Below the pieces are notes generated by a model that was given only the letters and a program-made list of their open reading frames with translations, did no database searches and was not told the DNA's origin. Source: Selenomonadaceae bacterium (lineage in GTDB: Bacteria; Bacillota; Negativicutes; Selenomonadales; Selenomonadaceae). From it: 30,307 nucleotides of DNA. Of this stretch, positions 1 through 7,997 are shown piece after piece (the first letter of the stretch is position 1; each line of letters opens with the position of its first letter). The stretch covers positions 1 through 30,307 of the forward strand of contig JAFSUE010000158.1 of NCBI GenBank assembly GCA_017445435.1, in the 5' to 3' direction. Position numbers and translations under genes: made by a program.

Positions 1-1014
1 TACTATGAATTTACAGAGACAAAATCTGACGGTACGACGGAAACTGTAAAATCGCCAACTTACGGTCAAATGAAAAATGCCGTTACAACCGCGATTAAAG
101 GACTTTATAATTATTGGTTGGGTGAAAGCGCAAAGCTTAATTACGATTCACTTGGACTGGCGCTTAATGGACAGACGATTGGAATTTGTTTTTGTACGGG
201 TGGAGAGTACAACGAATTTTCGGCAGATACCGAATCTATTCGCAAAGATACTTTACCCGCCGACAATATTATCATTGGCATTTGTCTTTATAGTTACGGC
301 ATACTCAATCCGCAATTTGTAGGTGATTCTTCGCAGACAGAAAATTTCCGTTACGACACGAAAGGCGCTGTTATCACAAACTACGGCGAAGAAGACGCGA
401 TTTATTTTGATAAAGACGTTGACACTTATTCAATCTCCACTTATCTAAACGATTTTTAAATTGAATCACCGACTGGCGAAACTAAATATGATTTATCTAT
501 GCTTGTACTTCGTGACGTTCGCGGCAAGCTTATGACTTTTGAAACACCCAACGGTACGGCTTATGCTTACATGGCGTCCGATTCAAATGAAGTCAACGGA
601 AATAATTTTGGCGACGGAAATAATTATGAAATTCTTTTCGGCGCAAATTATGCAAATGATACGATTCGAGCAGGTAACGGCGGAAGTTATCTTTGGGGCG
701 GCTTGCAAGGTAATGATGAAATTTTCGGTGGCAACGGCGTTGATACTTTTGTTTACGGTTTCTAAGTCATTTTCTGTTTTTTAGATGGAAATGATTCTGT
801 TCAAAATGCAGAAAATCAAGACATCGTAATCTTAAAAGATATTACGCTTGACCAAATTAAAACCGCGCAGATTAATGACGGCGGCGTTAATTTGCAATTT
901 ACCGACGGCGGCTCACTTACAATCAATGGCACACCTTCAACGTTCATAGTAAGAAATTCAAATACTACTACCTATCGTGCTGATTATCAAAATAAAATTT
1001 GGACGCAAGGTTAA
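1..1014 (+). pseudogene. 5'-truncated RTX/hemolysin-type calcium-binding secreted protein, interrupted by two in-frame TAA codons (457-459, 763-765)
   Basis: Frame +1 is open from base 1 (YYEFTETKSDG...) and continues in the same frame past each TAA (NDF*IESPTGE; VYGF*VIFCFLDGNDSVQNAENQD...YRADYQNKIWTQG*). Gly-rich GGxGxD-type repeats (AGNGGS, GGLQGNDEIFGGNGVDTF). Final TAA at 1012-1014 is followed by a terminator. Confidence 0.7.
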
Positions 1015-1032
1015 TTCGGAATGCGAAATGAA
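1012..1032 (+). repeat. Short degenerate heptamer array TAATTCG-GAATGCG-AAATGAA starting at the stop codon
   Basis: 7-nt phase of the NAAT core, read directly. Confidence 0.5.
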
Positions 1033-1045
1033 AACTAAAAATTAA

Positions 1046-1075
1046 TCGTGGAAAAATTTTTCTACGACTTTTTTT
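1046..1075 (+). terminator. Intrinsic terminator
   Basis: TCGTGGAAA/TTTCTACGA stem (one G-U) followed by a T run. Confidence 0.7.
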
Positions 1076-1112
1076 ATTTAATTGAAAAATTTTCAGGTAA
1101 AATATTTTTTTT

Positions 1113-1122
1113 CTGTTATAAT
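1113..1122 (+). promoter_or_regulatory. Extended -10 promoter element upstream of the LCP gene
   Basis: TG-T-TATAAT about 60 nt upstream of ATG 1181. Confidence 0.5.
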
Positions 1123-1180
1123 GGCGGCTGTTGGGAGGAAATTTTTTTGTCGAGAAAATTTTTTTAGCTGGTGAGGAATT

Positions 1181-2296
1181 ATGAGTGAAAGAGCCTTGCG
1201 TGAAAGAATGGCGCAACGTAGAAAACTTGCCGTAAGCAAAACTTTGGTATCATTTTTAATTTGTCTTTTTATCGGCGTGGCGTCATTGGGCGTCTACGCT
1301 GGTTTCCGTTTCACGGACAAAGTTTCTACGTCTGCAAATTCAAATAATTTTTTCACGCAGAAAAAAAATTCGGCGCAGGAAGAAACAATTTTGCCGACCG
1401 TCAAACAAAATATGACGCTGATTTTAATGGGCGTCGATGAACGCAAAGATGACGTTGGCAGGTCTGATACTTTAATGTTTCTGAATTTTTCCAGCGACGA
1501 AGTGTCCTTGTTGTCAATACCGCGTGACACAAGAGTTTACATTGAAAGGCAGGGTTATCAAAAAATTAATGCGGCGTATGCTTACGGCGGAGAAAAGTTG
1601 ACGCGTCAAACTGTCGAAGATTTTCTTGGCGTCGACGTTGACCGCTACATTAAAATCAATACTCACGCTTTCCCAAAAATTATTGATGAAATGGGCGGCA
1701 TTGATATTTACGTTGAACGCGATATGCAGTACGAAGATCCTTGGGACGACGACGGCGGACTTATCATTGACCTTCGGCAAGGTTATCAACATTTAGACGG
1801 CAATGAAGCGGTTCAATTTGTACGTTACCGCGATTCAGAAGGCGACGCTGGCAGAGTTCGTAGACAACAAGCTTTCATGCGTGCGCTTGCAGAAAAAGTT
1901 ACTGACCCTTCAACTTTGTTGAGGTTGCCAAAAATTTTAAGTGTTGCCTTTGACGCTGTCGAAACAGATTTATCAATGGGCGAAATGTTGGCGCTTGCTG
2001 GTACGTTAAAATCTGCCGAATCTGCAGGAAACATTCAAACGGGCGTTGTGCCAGGCTATATGGAATACATTGACAACATTAGCTATCTTGTTCCCGACGC
2101 TGAAAGACTTGGTGAAGTTGTCATGGAAAATTTGAAGATTGACGCTAGCAAAAGTCACTTTGAAAATCTTGCGTTGGAGTACGACAGAGGATCGCCCGCA
2201 GATTTTTACGATGTGAATCCCAACTTGGAGCGCGATTTACAAATTATGGACGACTTCCACCGCGCAAAGTTCAACTTTGAAGAAAATAAATTGTAA
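1181..2296 (+). CDS. LCP (LytR/CpsA/Psr) family protein, cell-wall glycopolymer phosphotransferase
   Basis: N-terminal TM helix. Motifs LILMGVD, GRSDTLM, LLSIPRDTRV, KINAAYAYGG, D.GRVRRQQ. Confidence 0.93.
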   Translation: MSERALRERMAQRRKLAVSKTLVSFLICLFIGVASLGVYAGFRFTDKVSTSANSNNFFTQKKNSAQEETILPTVKQNMTLILMGVDERKDDVGRSDTLMFLNFSSDEVSLLSIPRDTRVYIERQGYQKINAAYAYGGEKLTRQTVEDFLGVDVDRYIKINTHAFPKIIDEMGGIDIYVERDMQYEDPWDDDGGLIIDLRQGYQHLDGNEAVQFVRYRDSEGDAGRVRRQQAFMRALAEKVTDPSTLLRLPKILSVAFDAVETDLSMGEMLALAGTLKSAESAGNIQTGVVPGYMEYIDNISYLVPDAERLGEVVMENLKIDASKSHFENLALEYDRGSPADFYDVNPNLERDLQIMDDFHRAKFNFEENKL

Positions 2297-2326
2297 GCTT
2301 AAATCAAATCTTAAAGGAAATTATAA

Positions 2327-3619
2327 ATGGAACAACTTAGAAATTATTTTTTATTCGACGAACGCAAAACAAATCTGCGTACAGAAATTTTAGCAGGCGC
2401 AACGACTTTCCTTTCAATGTTGTATATCGTCATAGTAAATCCAACTGTCTTTTCAACGGCGGGAATGGATTTTGGCGGCGTGTACGTTGCAACGATTATT
2501 GCAACGGTAATAGGCACAATGATAATGGGCGTGGCGGCGAATTATCCAATAGCGATAGCGCCAGGCTTAGGCATCAACGCTTATTTAGTTTATTCGGTAA
2601 TGTTATCTCAAGGCGTCGCATGGCAACAAGCACTTGGCGCGGCGGCAGTTGCATCTGGAATTTTTACGCTGTTATCGCTTACACAATTTCGCGAAATGTT
2701 CATTAACTCAATTCCACTTTCGCTGAAAAAATCTATCGCGGCAGGTATCGGCTTATTCATTGCGTTAATTGGTTTTCGTAGCGGTCACATTGTCATTCCT
2801 TCTGACGCAACGATGATAGCTTTCGGCGACCTTGACGATCCAATTTTGCATTTAACGGTTATCGGACTTTTAATCACGATGATTTTAGTTGTGATGAACG
2901 TTAGGGGCGGAATTTTTATCGGCATGATTTGTACGACGTTTTTTGCATGGATATTTGGATATTGGCATTTGCCGCAAGAATTTTTTTCAACGCCGCAAGG
3001 TTTCGACCAAACTTTTATGCAGTTGAGCTTTGACGGTATGCCGTCACTGGCAATGATAATCTTCACGATTTTATTAGTAACGCTTTTCGACACTACTGGA
3101 ACAATGCTCGGCGTCGGTCAACAAGCTGGATTGATTCGCGACGATAAATTTCCCAATTTGAAAAGCGCGTTACTTGCAGACTCAATCGCCAGTTTTGCAG
3201 GCGCATTTGCTGGTACAGGTCCAACATCAAGCTACGTCGAATCTGGAACGGGCGTTGCGGCTGGTGGACGAACGGGCTTTACGTCATTTGTCACGGCATT
3301 TTTATTTTTACTGTTGCTATTCTTTCAACCAATCGCGGCGTCAATCGCATCAATTCCAGCGGCAACATCTCCCGCGTTAATTTTAACAGGTTGCTTTATG
3401 GTCGCTGACGTTGCAAATATTGACTGGAAAGACTACACGGAAGCTTTTCCCTCTTTCTTGACAATGGTTTTAATGCCGTTTACCTACAGCATAACAAACG
3501 GCGTCGGCATTGGAATAATAACTTACGTTATATTGAAAGTTGCAACGCGGCAGTGGCGGCAAATTCATCCGTTGTTGGCGGTTATGGCGATATTATTTTT
3601 AATTCAAATGCTTTACTAA
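2327..3619 (+). CDS. NCS2 family (AzgA/PbuG-like) purine permease
   Basis: RTEILAGATTFLSMLYI, ANYPIAIAPGLG, FDTTGT, YVESGTGVAAGGRTG; polytopic membrane protein. Confidence 0.92.
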   Translation: MEQLRNYFLFDERKTNLRTEILAGATTFLSMLYIVIVNPTVFSTAGMDFGGVYVATIIATVIGTMIMGVAANYPIAIAPGLGINAYLVYSVMLSQGVAWQQALGAAAVASGIFTLLSLTQFREMFINSIPLSLKKSIAAGIGLFIALIGFRSGHIVIPSDATMIAFGDLDDPILHLTVIGLLITMILVVMNVRGGIFIGMICTTFFAWIFGYWHLPQEFFSTPQGFDQTFMQLSFDGMPSLAMIIFTILLVTLFDTTGTMLGVGQQAGLIRDDKFPNLKSALLADSIASFAGAFAGTGPTSSYVESGTGVAAGGRTGFTSFVTAFLFLLLLFFQPIAASIASIPAATSPALILTGCFMVADVANIDWKDYTEAFPSFLTMVLMPFTYSITNGVGIGIITYVILKVATRQWRQIHPLLAVMAILFLIQMLY

Positions 3620-3646
3620 GGTTAAGTGGTAGCGTTTAGGAAATTC

Positions 3647-3676
3647 CTACTCACTACTCACTACTCACTACTGACT
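3647..3676. repeat. Heptamer array (CTACTCA)3-CTACTGA abutting the miaB ATG
   Basis: Read directly. Confidence 0.9.
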
Positions 3677-4996
3677 ATGACAAAAAAATTTAAAATTCTA
3701 ACTTACGGCTGCCAAATGAACGTTGCCGAATCTGAACGTATGGCAGGACAACTTTATAAAATCGGCTACAAATTGACGGACGATATTGCGGCGGCTGACT
3801 TAATTTTAATTAACTCCTGTTGCGTACGCGCTACGGCGGAGGATAAAATTTACGGCAAGATTGGCGAGCTTAACCGCTACAAGTTGCAGAATCCCGCGTT
3901 GATTATCGGCGTTATGGGTTGCCTTGCGCAGAAAGACGGCGACGACTTGATTAAACGTTATCCCAACGTTGACTTCGTATTGGGAACTGCGCGGCGCGGT
4001 GAACTTTCTAACGTTGTGGAAAGTTTTGAATCTGCGCGGAAAAGATTTGTCGACACTTCCAACGTTAGCGGACAAATTATTGAGCCTGAAGTTTTTCCCA
4101 TTCGCACTGGTAAAGTGTCTGCCTTCGTGCCGATTATGTACGGTTGCAACAATTTCTGTACCTATTGCATTGTGCCGTATGTTCGCGGACGTGAAAGAAG
4201 CCGTCCTGCCGCCGAAATTTTCGCCGAAATTAAAAACGCCGTCGATAATGGCTACAAGGAAATAACTTTGTTGGGGCAAAACGTCAACTCTTACGGTAAA
4301 GATTTGCAGGAGATGACCTTTGCAAAACTTTTAGCCGCTGTTGATAAAATTGAAGGGCTTAAACGTCTTCGCTTTATGACTAGCCATCCGAAAGATTTAT
4401 CAGACGAATTAATTGACGTTATGGCGAACGGTAAAAATATTTGTGAACATATTCATCTGCCTGTACAGTACGGTTCAAATAAAATTTTGCAAAAGATGAA
4501 TCGTGTTTACACCGTCGAAAAATATTTTGAGCTTGTCAAAAAAATTCGCGCCGCCATTCCGAATATCAGTTTGACGACTGATTTAATTGTCGGCTTTCCT
4601 GGCGAAACGGAAAAAGATTTTCAGCTGACGTTAGATTTTCTGCGCGAAATTAAATTTGATATGGCATTCACTTTCATTTATTCCGAACGTAGCGGGACGC
4701 CTGCCGCAAATTTTGACGGCAAGGTTGACGACGAAACTAAACACCGCCGCCTTAATGAATTAATGGCGGTACAAAATGAAATTAGCCTTGCGAAAAATTT
4801 ACAGCTGGACGATACGACGGTTGAAGTTTTAGTCGAAGGCGCTAGCAAGACTGACAAAAATATTTTCACTGGTCGGACGCGTACAAATAAATCTGTACTC
4901 TTCCCGCATGGTACGGAAAGTGCTGGCGATTTAATCAACGTGAAAGTTAATCAAGTGCAAACTTGGATTCTGAAAGGCATTCGAGATTTTTTATAA
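3677..4996 (+). CDS. miaB: tRNA 2-methylthio-N6-isopentenyl-A37 methylthiotransferase MiaB (alternative start GTG 3626)
   Basis: TYGCQMN, NSCCVRATAE, GCLAQ, radical SAM motif CNNFCTYC, IVGFPGET, C-terminal TRAM domain (GRTRTNK). Confidence 0.95.
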   Translation: MTKKFKILTYGCQMNVAESERMAGQLYKIGYKLTDDIAAADLILINSCCVRATAEDKIYGKIGELNRYKLQNPALIIGVMGCLAQKDGDDLIKRYPNVDFVLGTARRGELSNVVESFESARKRFVDTSNVSGQIIEPEVFPIRTGKVSAFVPIMYGCNNFCTYCIVPYVRGRERSRPAAEIFAEIKNAVDNGYKEITLLGQNVNSYGKDLQEMTFAKLLAAVDKIEGLKRLRFMTSHPKDLSDELIDVMANGKNICEHIHLPVQYGSNKILQKMNRVYTVEKYFELVKKIRAAIPNISLTTDLIVGFPGETEKDFQLTLDFLREIKFDMAFTFIYSERSGTPAANFDGKVDDETKHRRLNELMAVQNEISLAKNLQLDDTTVEVLVEGASKTDKNIFTGRTRTNKSVLFPHGTESAGDLINVKVNQVQTWILKGIRDFL

Positions 4997-5028
4997 AATG
5001 CGAAATGTAAGGGCATAATGATAAGATG

Positions 5029-5172
5029 GAGTTGAATAACGGACTTAAAGTTCACGTAGGATAGAAAGGGGCGCGCAAGGACGCGCGCCCGCCCGCGCAA
5101 ATCGCGTGATGCGATTTCAGCGGGCATGTTTCTTTTTGCTACTTTTTCTTTGCGCCAAAGAAAAAGTAGTTT
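5029..5172 (+). ncRNA. Candidate structured RNA/REP-like element, copy 1
   Basis: GGGCGCGC-AAGGAC-GCGCGCCC; GCCCGC..AAATCGC-GTGAT-GCGATTT..GCGGGC; perfect 14-bp CTACTTTTTCTTTG-cgc-CAAAGAAAAAGTAG. Homologous to 17352-17550 on the minus strand. Confidence 0.6.
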
Positions 5173-5258
5173 AATTAAAAATTTTTCTAAAAACTTTAAG
5201 TTTACTAACAACCTCTAAAATTTGAACGCTACCATATAAAAATTTGCAGGAATTTCAT

Positions 5259-5294
5259 AACTTGCAGGGAACTGATAACCTTGCAAGTTTTTTT
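5259..5294 (+). terminator. Intrinsic terminator after miaB and the structured element, upstream of the MgtC gene
   Basis: AACTTGCAGGG/CCTTGCAAGTT 11-bp stem (one G-U) followed by a T run. Confidence 0.8.
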
Positions 5295-5335
5295 GTGAAA
5301 ATTTTAAAAGCTTAAAGATAAATGAAGGGATAAAA

Positions 5336-6001
5336 TTGGTTTCAGAGTGGGAACTTTTTTTGAGATTAGCGCTTTCATGCGTTTTAGGCGGCATAATCGG
5401 TTATGAAAGACAGAGCCGTAGAAAATCGGCGGGATTGCGGACAAACGTTTTAGTTTGTCTTGGCTCATGCTTGATAATGGTACTTAGTGAAGCGCTTTAC
5501 TTCAACGTCGAAGGACGTACTAACGCAGACCCTGCACGATTAGCGGCGCAAGTTGTCAGCGGCATCGGCTTTTTAGGCGCAGGCGCGATTATGAAGGAAG
5601 GCTTAACCGTCACAGGTTTAACTACGGCGGCTTGTCTTTGGGTAGTAGCTGGCGTTGGACTTGCAGTAGGCGCAGGCTATTATTCAGGCGCACTTTTCAC
5701 GACGGGATTAATTTTCGCCACGCTTGGAACACTTTCACGCATTGACGAATGGGTTATGCACGACCAAAATTTATATTTAAAAGTTCGTACCCATGACAAG
5801 CCAGGTCAGCTTATGCACATTAGCTCTTGCATTGACGATTTGCAGTTGAAAGTTCGCGGCGTCAAAGTTACGGCTGATGAAAACCACAACGATATTTTGT
5901 GCATTGACTTTGAGGTTTATAACCATCGCGGCTTGAAAGGCGTTATCGTCGTCGACGCGATTAAACGTATTGAAGGCGTCTTAAGCGTTGACGTTAATTA
6001 A
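5336..6001 (+). CDS. MgtC/SapB family membrane protein
   Basis: GGIIGYERQ, SAGLRTN, RLAAQVVSGIGFLGAGAI, GLTTAA; C-terminal ACT-like domain. Confidence 0.93.
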   Translation: MVSEWELFLRLALSCVLGGIIGYERQSRRKSAGLRTNVLVCLGSCLIMVLSEALYFNVEGRTNADPARLAAQVVSGIGFLGAGAIMKEGLTVTGLTTAACLWVVAGVGLAVGAGYYSGALFTTGLIFATLGTLSRIDEWVMHDQNLYLKVRTHDKPGQLMHISSCIDDLQLKVRGVKVTADENHNDILCIDFEVYNHRGLKGVIVVDAIKRIEGVLSVDVN

Positions 6002-6025
6002 ATTTAAAATTTAGGAGAAAATTTT

Positions 6026-6682
6026 GTGATAGTTTATACAGTTAAAGGCGGAAAATATTTTCCCGTCGCTGAAAGTTTTGCAAATGACGCTGAAACTCTG
6101 CGCGGGATTTACATTAATTTAACGAATCGCTGTAACAATGACTGCGTATTTTGTCTGCGCGATAAAAAAGTTATGGCGGCTGAAAAAAGTTTGTGGCTTG
6201 ACGAAGAGCCGACAGTTGACGACGTTAAAGCGGAATTGAACGCCGTACCTTTTCATCTTGTCAAAGAAATTGTCTTTTGCGGTTTCGGTGAACCGACGAT
6301 AAGACTTGCCGAACTTACGGAAATTTTGCGCTACGTAAAAAAAATTCAGCCGAACATTTCAACACGGCTGAATACAAACGGACTTGGTGAACTTGAACAC
6401 GGGCGCGATATTTCTGCGGATTTTAAAAATATTTTGGACGTGGCGTCAATCAGCTTGAATGCGGCGACGGCTGAAAGATATTTGAAAATTACGCGCTCAA
6501 AGTTTGGCATTCAAGCTTACGCGGCAATGTTCACTTTTGCCGAGCATATGAAAAAAACTGTCCCGCAAGTTGTAATGACGATTGTTGATAAAGTTACGCC
6601 GCCAGATGAAATTTCCGCCTGTAAAAAAATTTGTGCTGAACACGGCGTAACGCTTAGGATTCGCCCCTACGAAAACAGTTAA
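6026..6682 (+). CDS. Radical SAM protein, TatD-associated type
   Basis: YINLTNRCNNDCVFCLR (CxxxCxxC), EIVFCGFGEPT, RLNTNG, SISLNA; GGAG RBS. Confidence 0.82.
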   Translation: MIVYTVKGGKYFPVAESFANDAETLRGIYINLTNRCNNDCVFCLRDKKVMAAEKSLWLDEEPTVDDVKAELNAVPFHLVKEIVFCGFGEPTIRLAELTEILRYVKKIQPNISTRLNTNGLGELEHGRDISADFKNILDVASISLNAATAERYLKITRSKFGIQAYAAMFTFAEHMKKTVPQVVMTIVDKVTPPDEISACKKICAEHGVTLRIRPYENS

Positions 6683-6724
6683 TTGAATGAAGAATTTTTA
6701 ATTACGCATTACGAATTACGCATT
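6680..6724. repeat. Bipartite heptamer array: TTGAATGAAGAATT then (ATTACGC/ATTACGA)3, spanning both convergent stop codons
   Basis: Read directly. The DAK2 C-terminus MRNS* is encoded by the array. Confidence 0.8.
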
Positions 6725-7947
6725 ATGTTTGCGTTTTCAAGAGCTGAAAAGCCTGCCGAAAATTTTTTCAAGGCGGCTACAGCGTCATTAAAAGATTCAG
6801 TCAAAACTAATTCAACGCGACTTCCCAAAAGTCTTTTAGCTTGCCGAAAAATTAATTTGTAATCGTCACTCGACGAAACTAAAACGTAGCTTGACGCTAA
6901 ATCCGAATGCGCCGCGCCAACAATTTCCGATACCGATGGCGAAGATTCTTCACTGCCAGAAACTAAAATTGACGCGCCAGCATCTTGCAAAATTTGCGCT
7001 TCAGCCGCATTTCTAGCTACTGCAAGCGCCGCAACTTTCATCAACGCATCATGCGCGGGGAGTTGATGACTTTCGCTCATATTCGTAATTTTCACGTCGT
7101 GCAAAGGTCCCCAGCCCAACGCTTGATCAATCGCATTGCCAACGTGATCTGTGTGTAAGTGAATATCCAGCGTACCGCTTGACCGTTCGACGATTGAAAA
7201 ACTGCTGAAATCTTTCATACGCTGTTCAACTTCATAAATATTCGCCTTAGAATTTTTCACGCGAAGACGTACGCAGTACGGTCGAACTCTATCGTTGCGC
7301 GGGTCAGGCATATTTTTATGAATGCCTAAGCCCAACGATAAACTTACGGCGGGCGATACAAAATTTCCGTCAAGACCTTTCAAGCAACCTTTCAAAAAGC
7401 TGAACATAATGTGTGCGCCAGCGTCATTGTGTCCATTTTTTTCGACGGCATCTTCACCCGCTTTAATCGCCGTAGATAAAATTTCTGAAATTGGTTTGCC
7501 GTCACGAACTGCGCGGTAAGCACCTTTAGCAACTGCCTTTGCAACAAATATGAATGGGCTGTCATGATTTTCAGGCATAACACGTTGGGAATACAAAATG
7601 CCATACTGAAAAGCCTTGCCAAATTCAGAGCCAGTAGCTTCGTATTTGCCAATTAAACCAGTAGCAATTCCGTGAAACATTTGCGCCAAAACTACGCCAG
7701 CATTTCCGCGAGCACCAAATACAGCCGCCGTTGCAACACGTCTACTCAAGCCGCCTAAGCTGTCGTCTTTAGCTTCTGTCAATGGCATAACCGCCGCGCC
7801 TATCGTTCGCAAAATGTGTGTACCAGGCAAAGTTCCCGCGCCTGTCTGCGAATTTATATTTTCATATTCTAATAAAAATTCGCTGTACGCGCCTGAAATC
7901 ATTCTCTTGAAATCTCCACCAGTTATAACTTCTCTACTGCCCGTCAT
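6709..7947 (-). CDS. DAK2-domain/fatty-acid-kinase FakA-like protein, degenerate and shortened (412 aa)
   Basis: GARGNAGVVLAQMFHG, PYC, DIHLHTD, VKITNMSESH. Start reassigned to ATG 7947 behind a GGTGGTGA RBS. Confidence 0.8.
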   Translation of the reverse strand: MTGSREVITGGDFKRMISGAYSEFLLEYENINSQTGAGTLPGTHILRTIGAAVMPLTEAKDDSLGGLSRRVATAAVFGARGNAGVVLAQMFHGIATGLIGKYEATGSEFGKAFQYGILYSQRVMPENHDSPFIFVAKAVAKGAYRAVRDGKPISEILSTAIKAGEDAVEKNGHNDAGAHIMFSFLKGCLKGLDGNFVSPAVSLSLGLGIHKNMPDPRNDRVRPYCVRLRVKNSKANIYEVEQRMKDFSSFSIVERSSGTLDIHLHTDHVGNAIDQALGWGPLHDVKITNMSESHQLPAHDALMKVAALAVARNAAEAQILQDAGASILVSGSEESSPSVSEIVGAAHSDLASSYVLVSSSDDYKLIFRQAKRLLGSRVELVLTESFNDAVAALKKFSAGFSALENANIMRNS

Positions 7948-7997
7948 AGAATCACCACCTTTTGATATAACGTCGAAATTTTTTACTTTATCATTAA

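Noticed and set aside
457-765. TAA reassignment or an alternative genetic code
   Set aside because: TAA terminates most conserved genes in the window at their expected C-termini.
758-784. 27-nt GT...CTAA...polypyrimidine...AG segment resembling a spliceosomal intron; removing it deletes the second TAA in frame
   Set aside because: The context is clearly bacterial (SD sites, operons). The first TAA has no such signal, and the spliced product would lack conserved repeat residues. Treated as coincidence.
2297-2326. Purine riboswitch upstream of the NCS2 permease
   Set aside because: Only 30 nt separate it from the LCP gene, and there is no aptamer consensus.
5029-5058. HEARO/IscB omega-RNA-like start (GTTGAATAAC-hairpin-ACGT)
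   Set aside because: The similarity is short, and no IscB/TnpB/HNH ORF is adjacent to either copy. It is only worth including in the cmscan.
4951-5211. 86-aa minus-strand ORF
   Set aside because: It is a translation of the structured element, overlaps the miaB 3' end antisense, and has no RBS or recognisable motif.
5029-5294. M-box/Mn riboswitch controlling the MgtC-family gene (structured RNA followed by a terminator)
   Set aside because: I recognise no M-box or yybP-ykoY consensus, and a homologous copy lies antisense next to unrelated genes.
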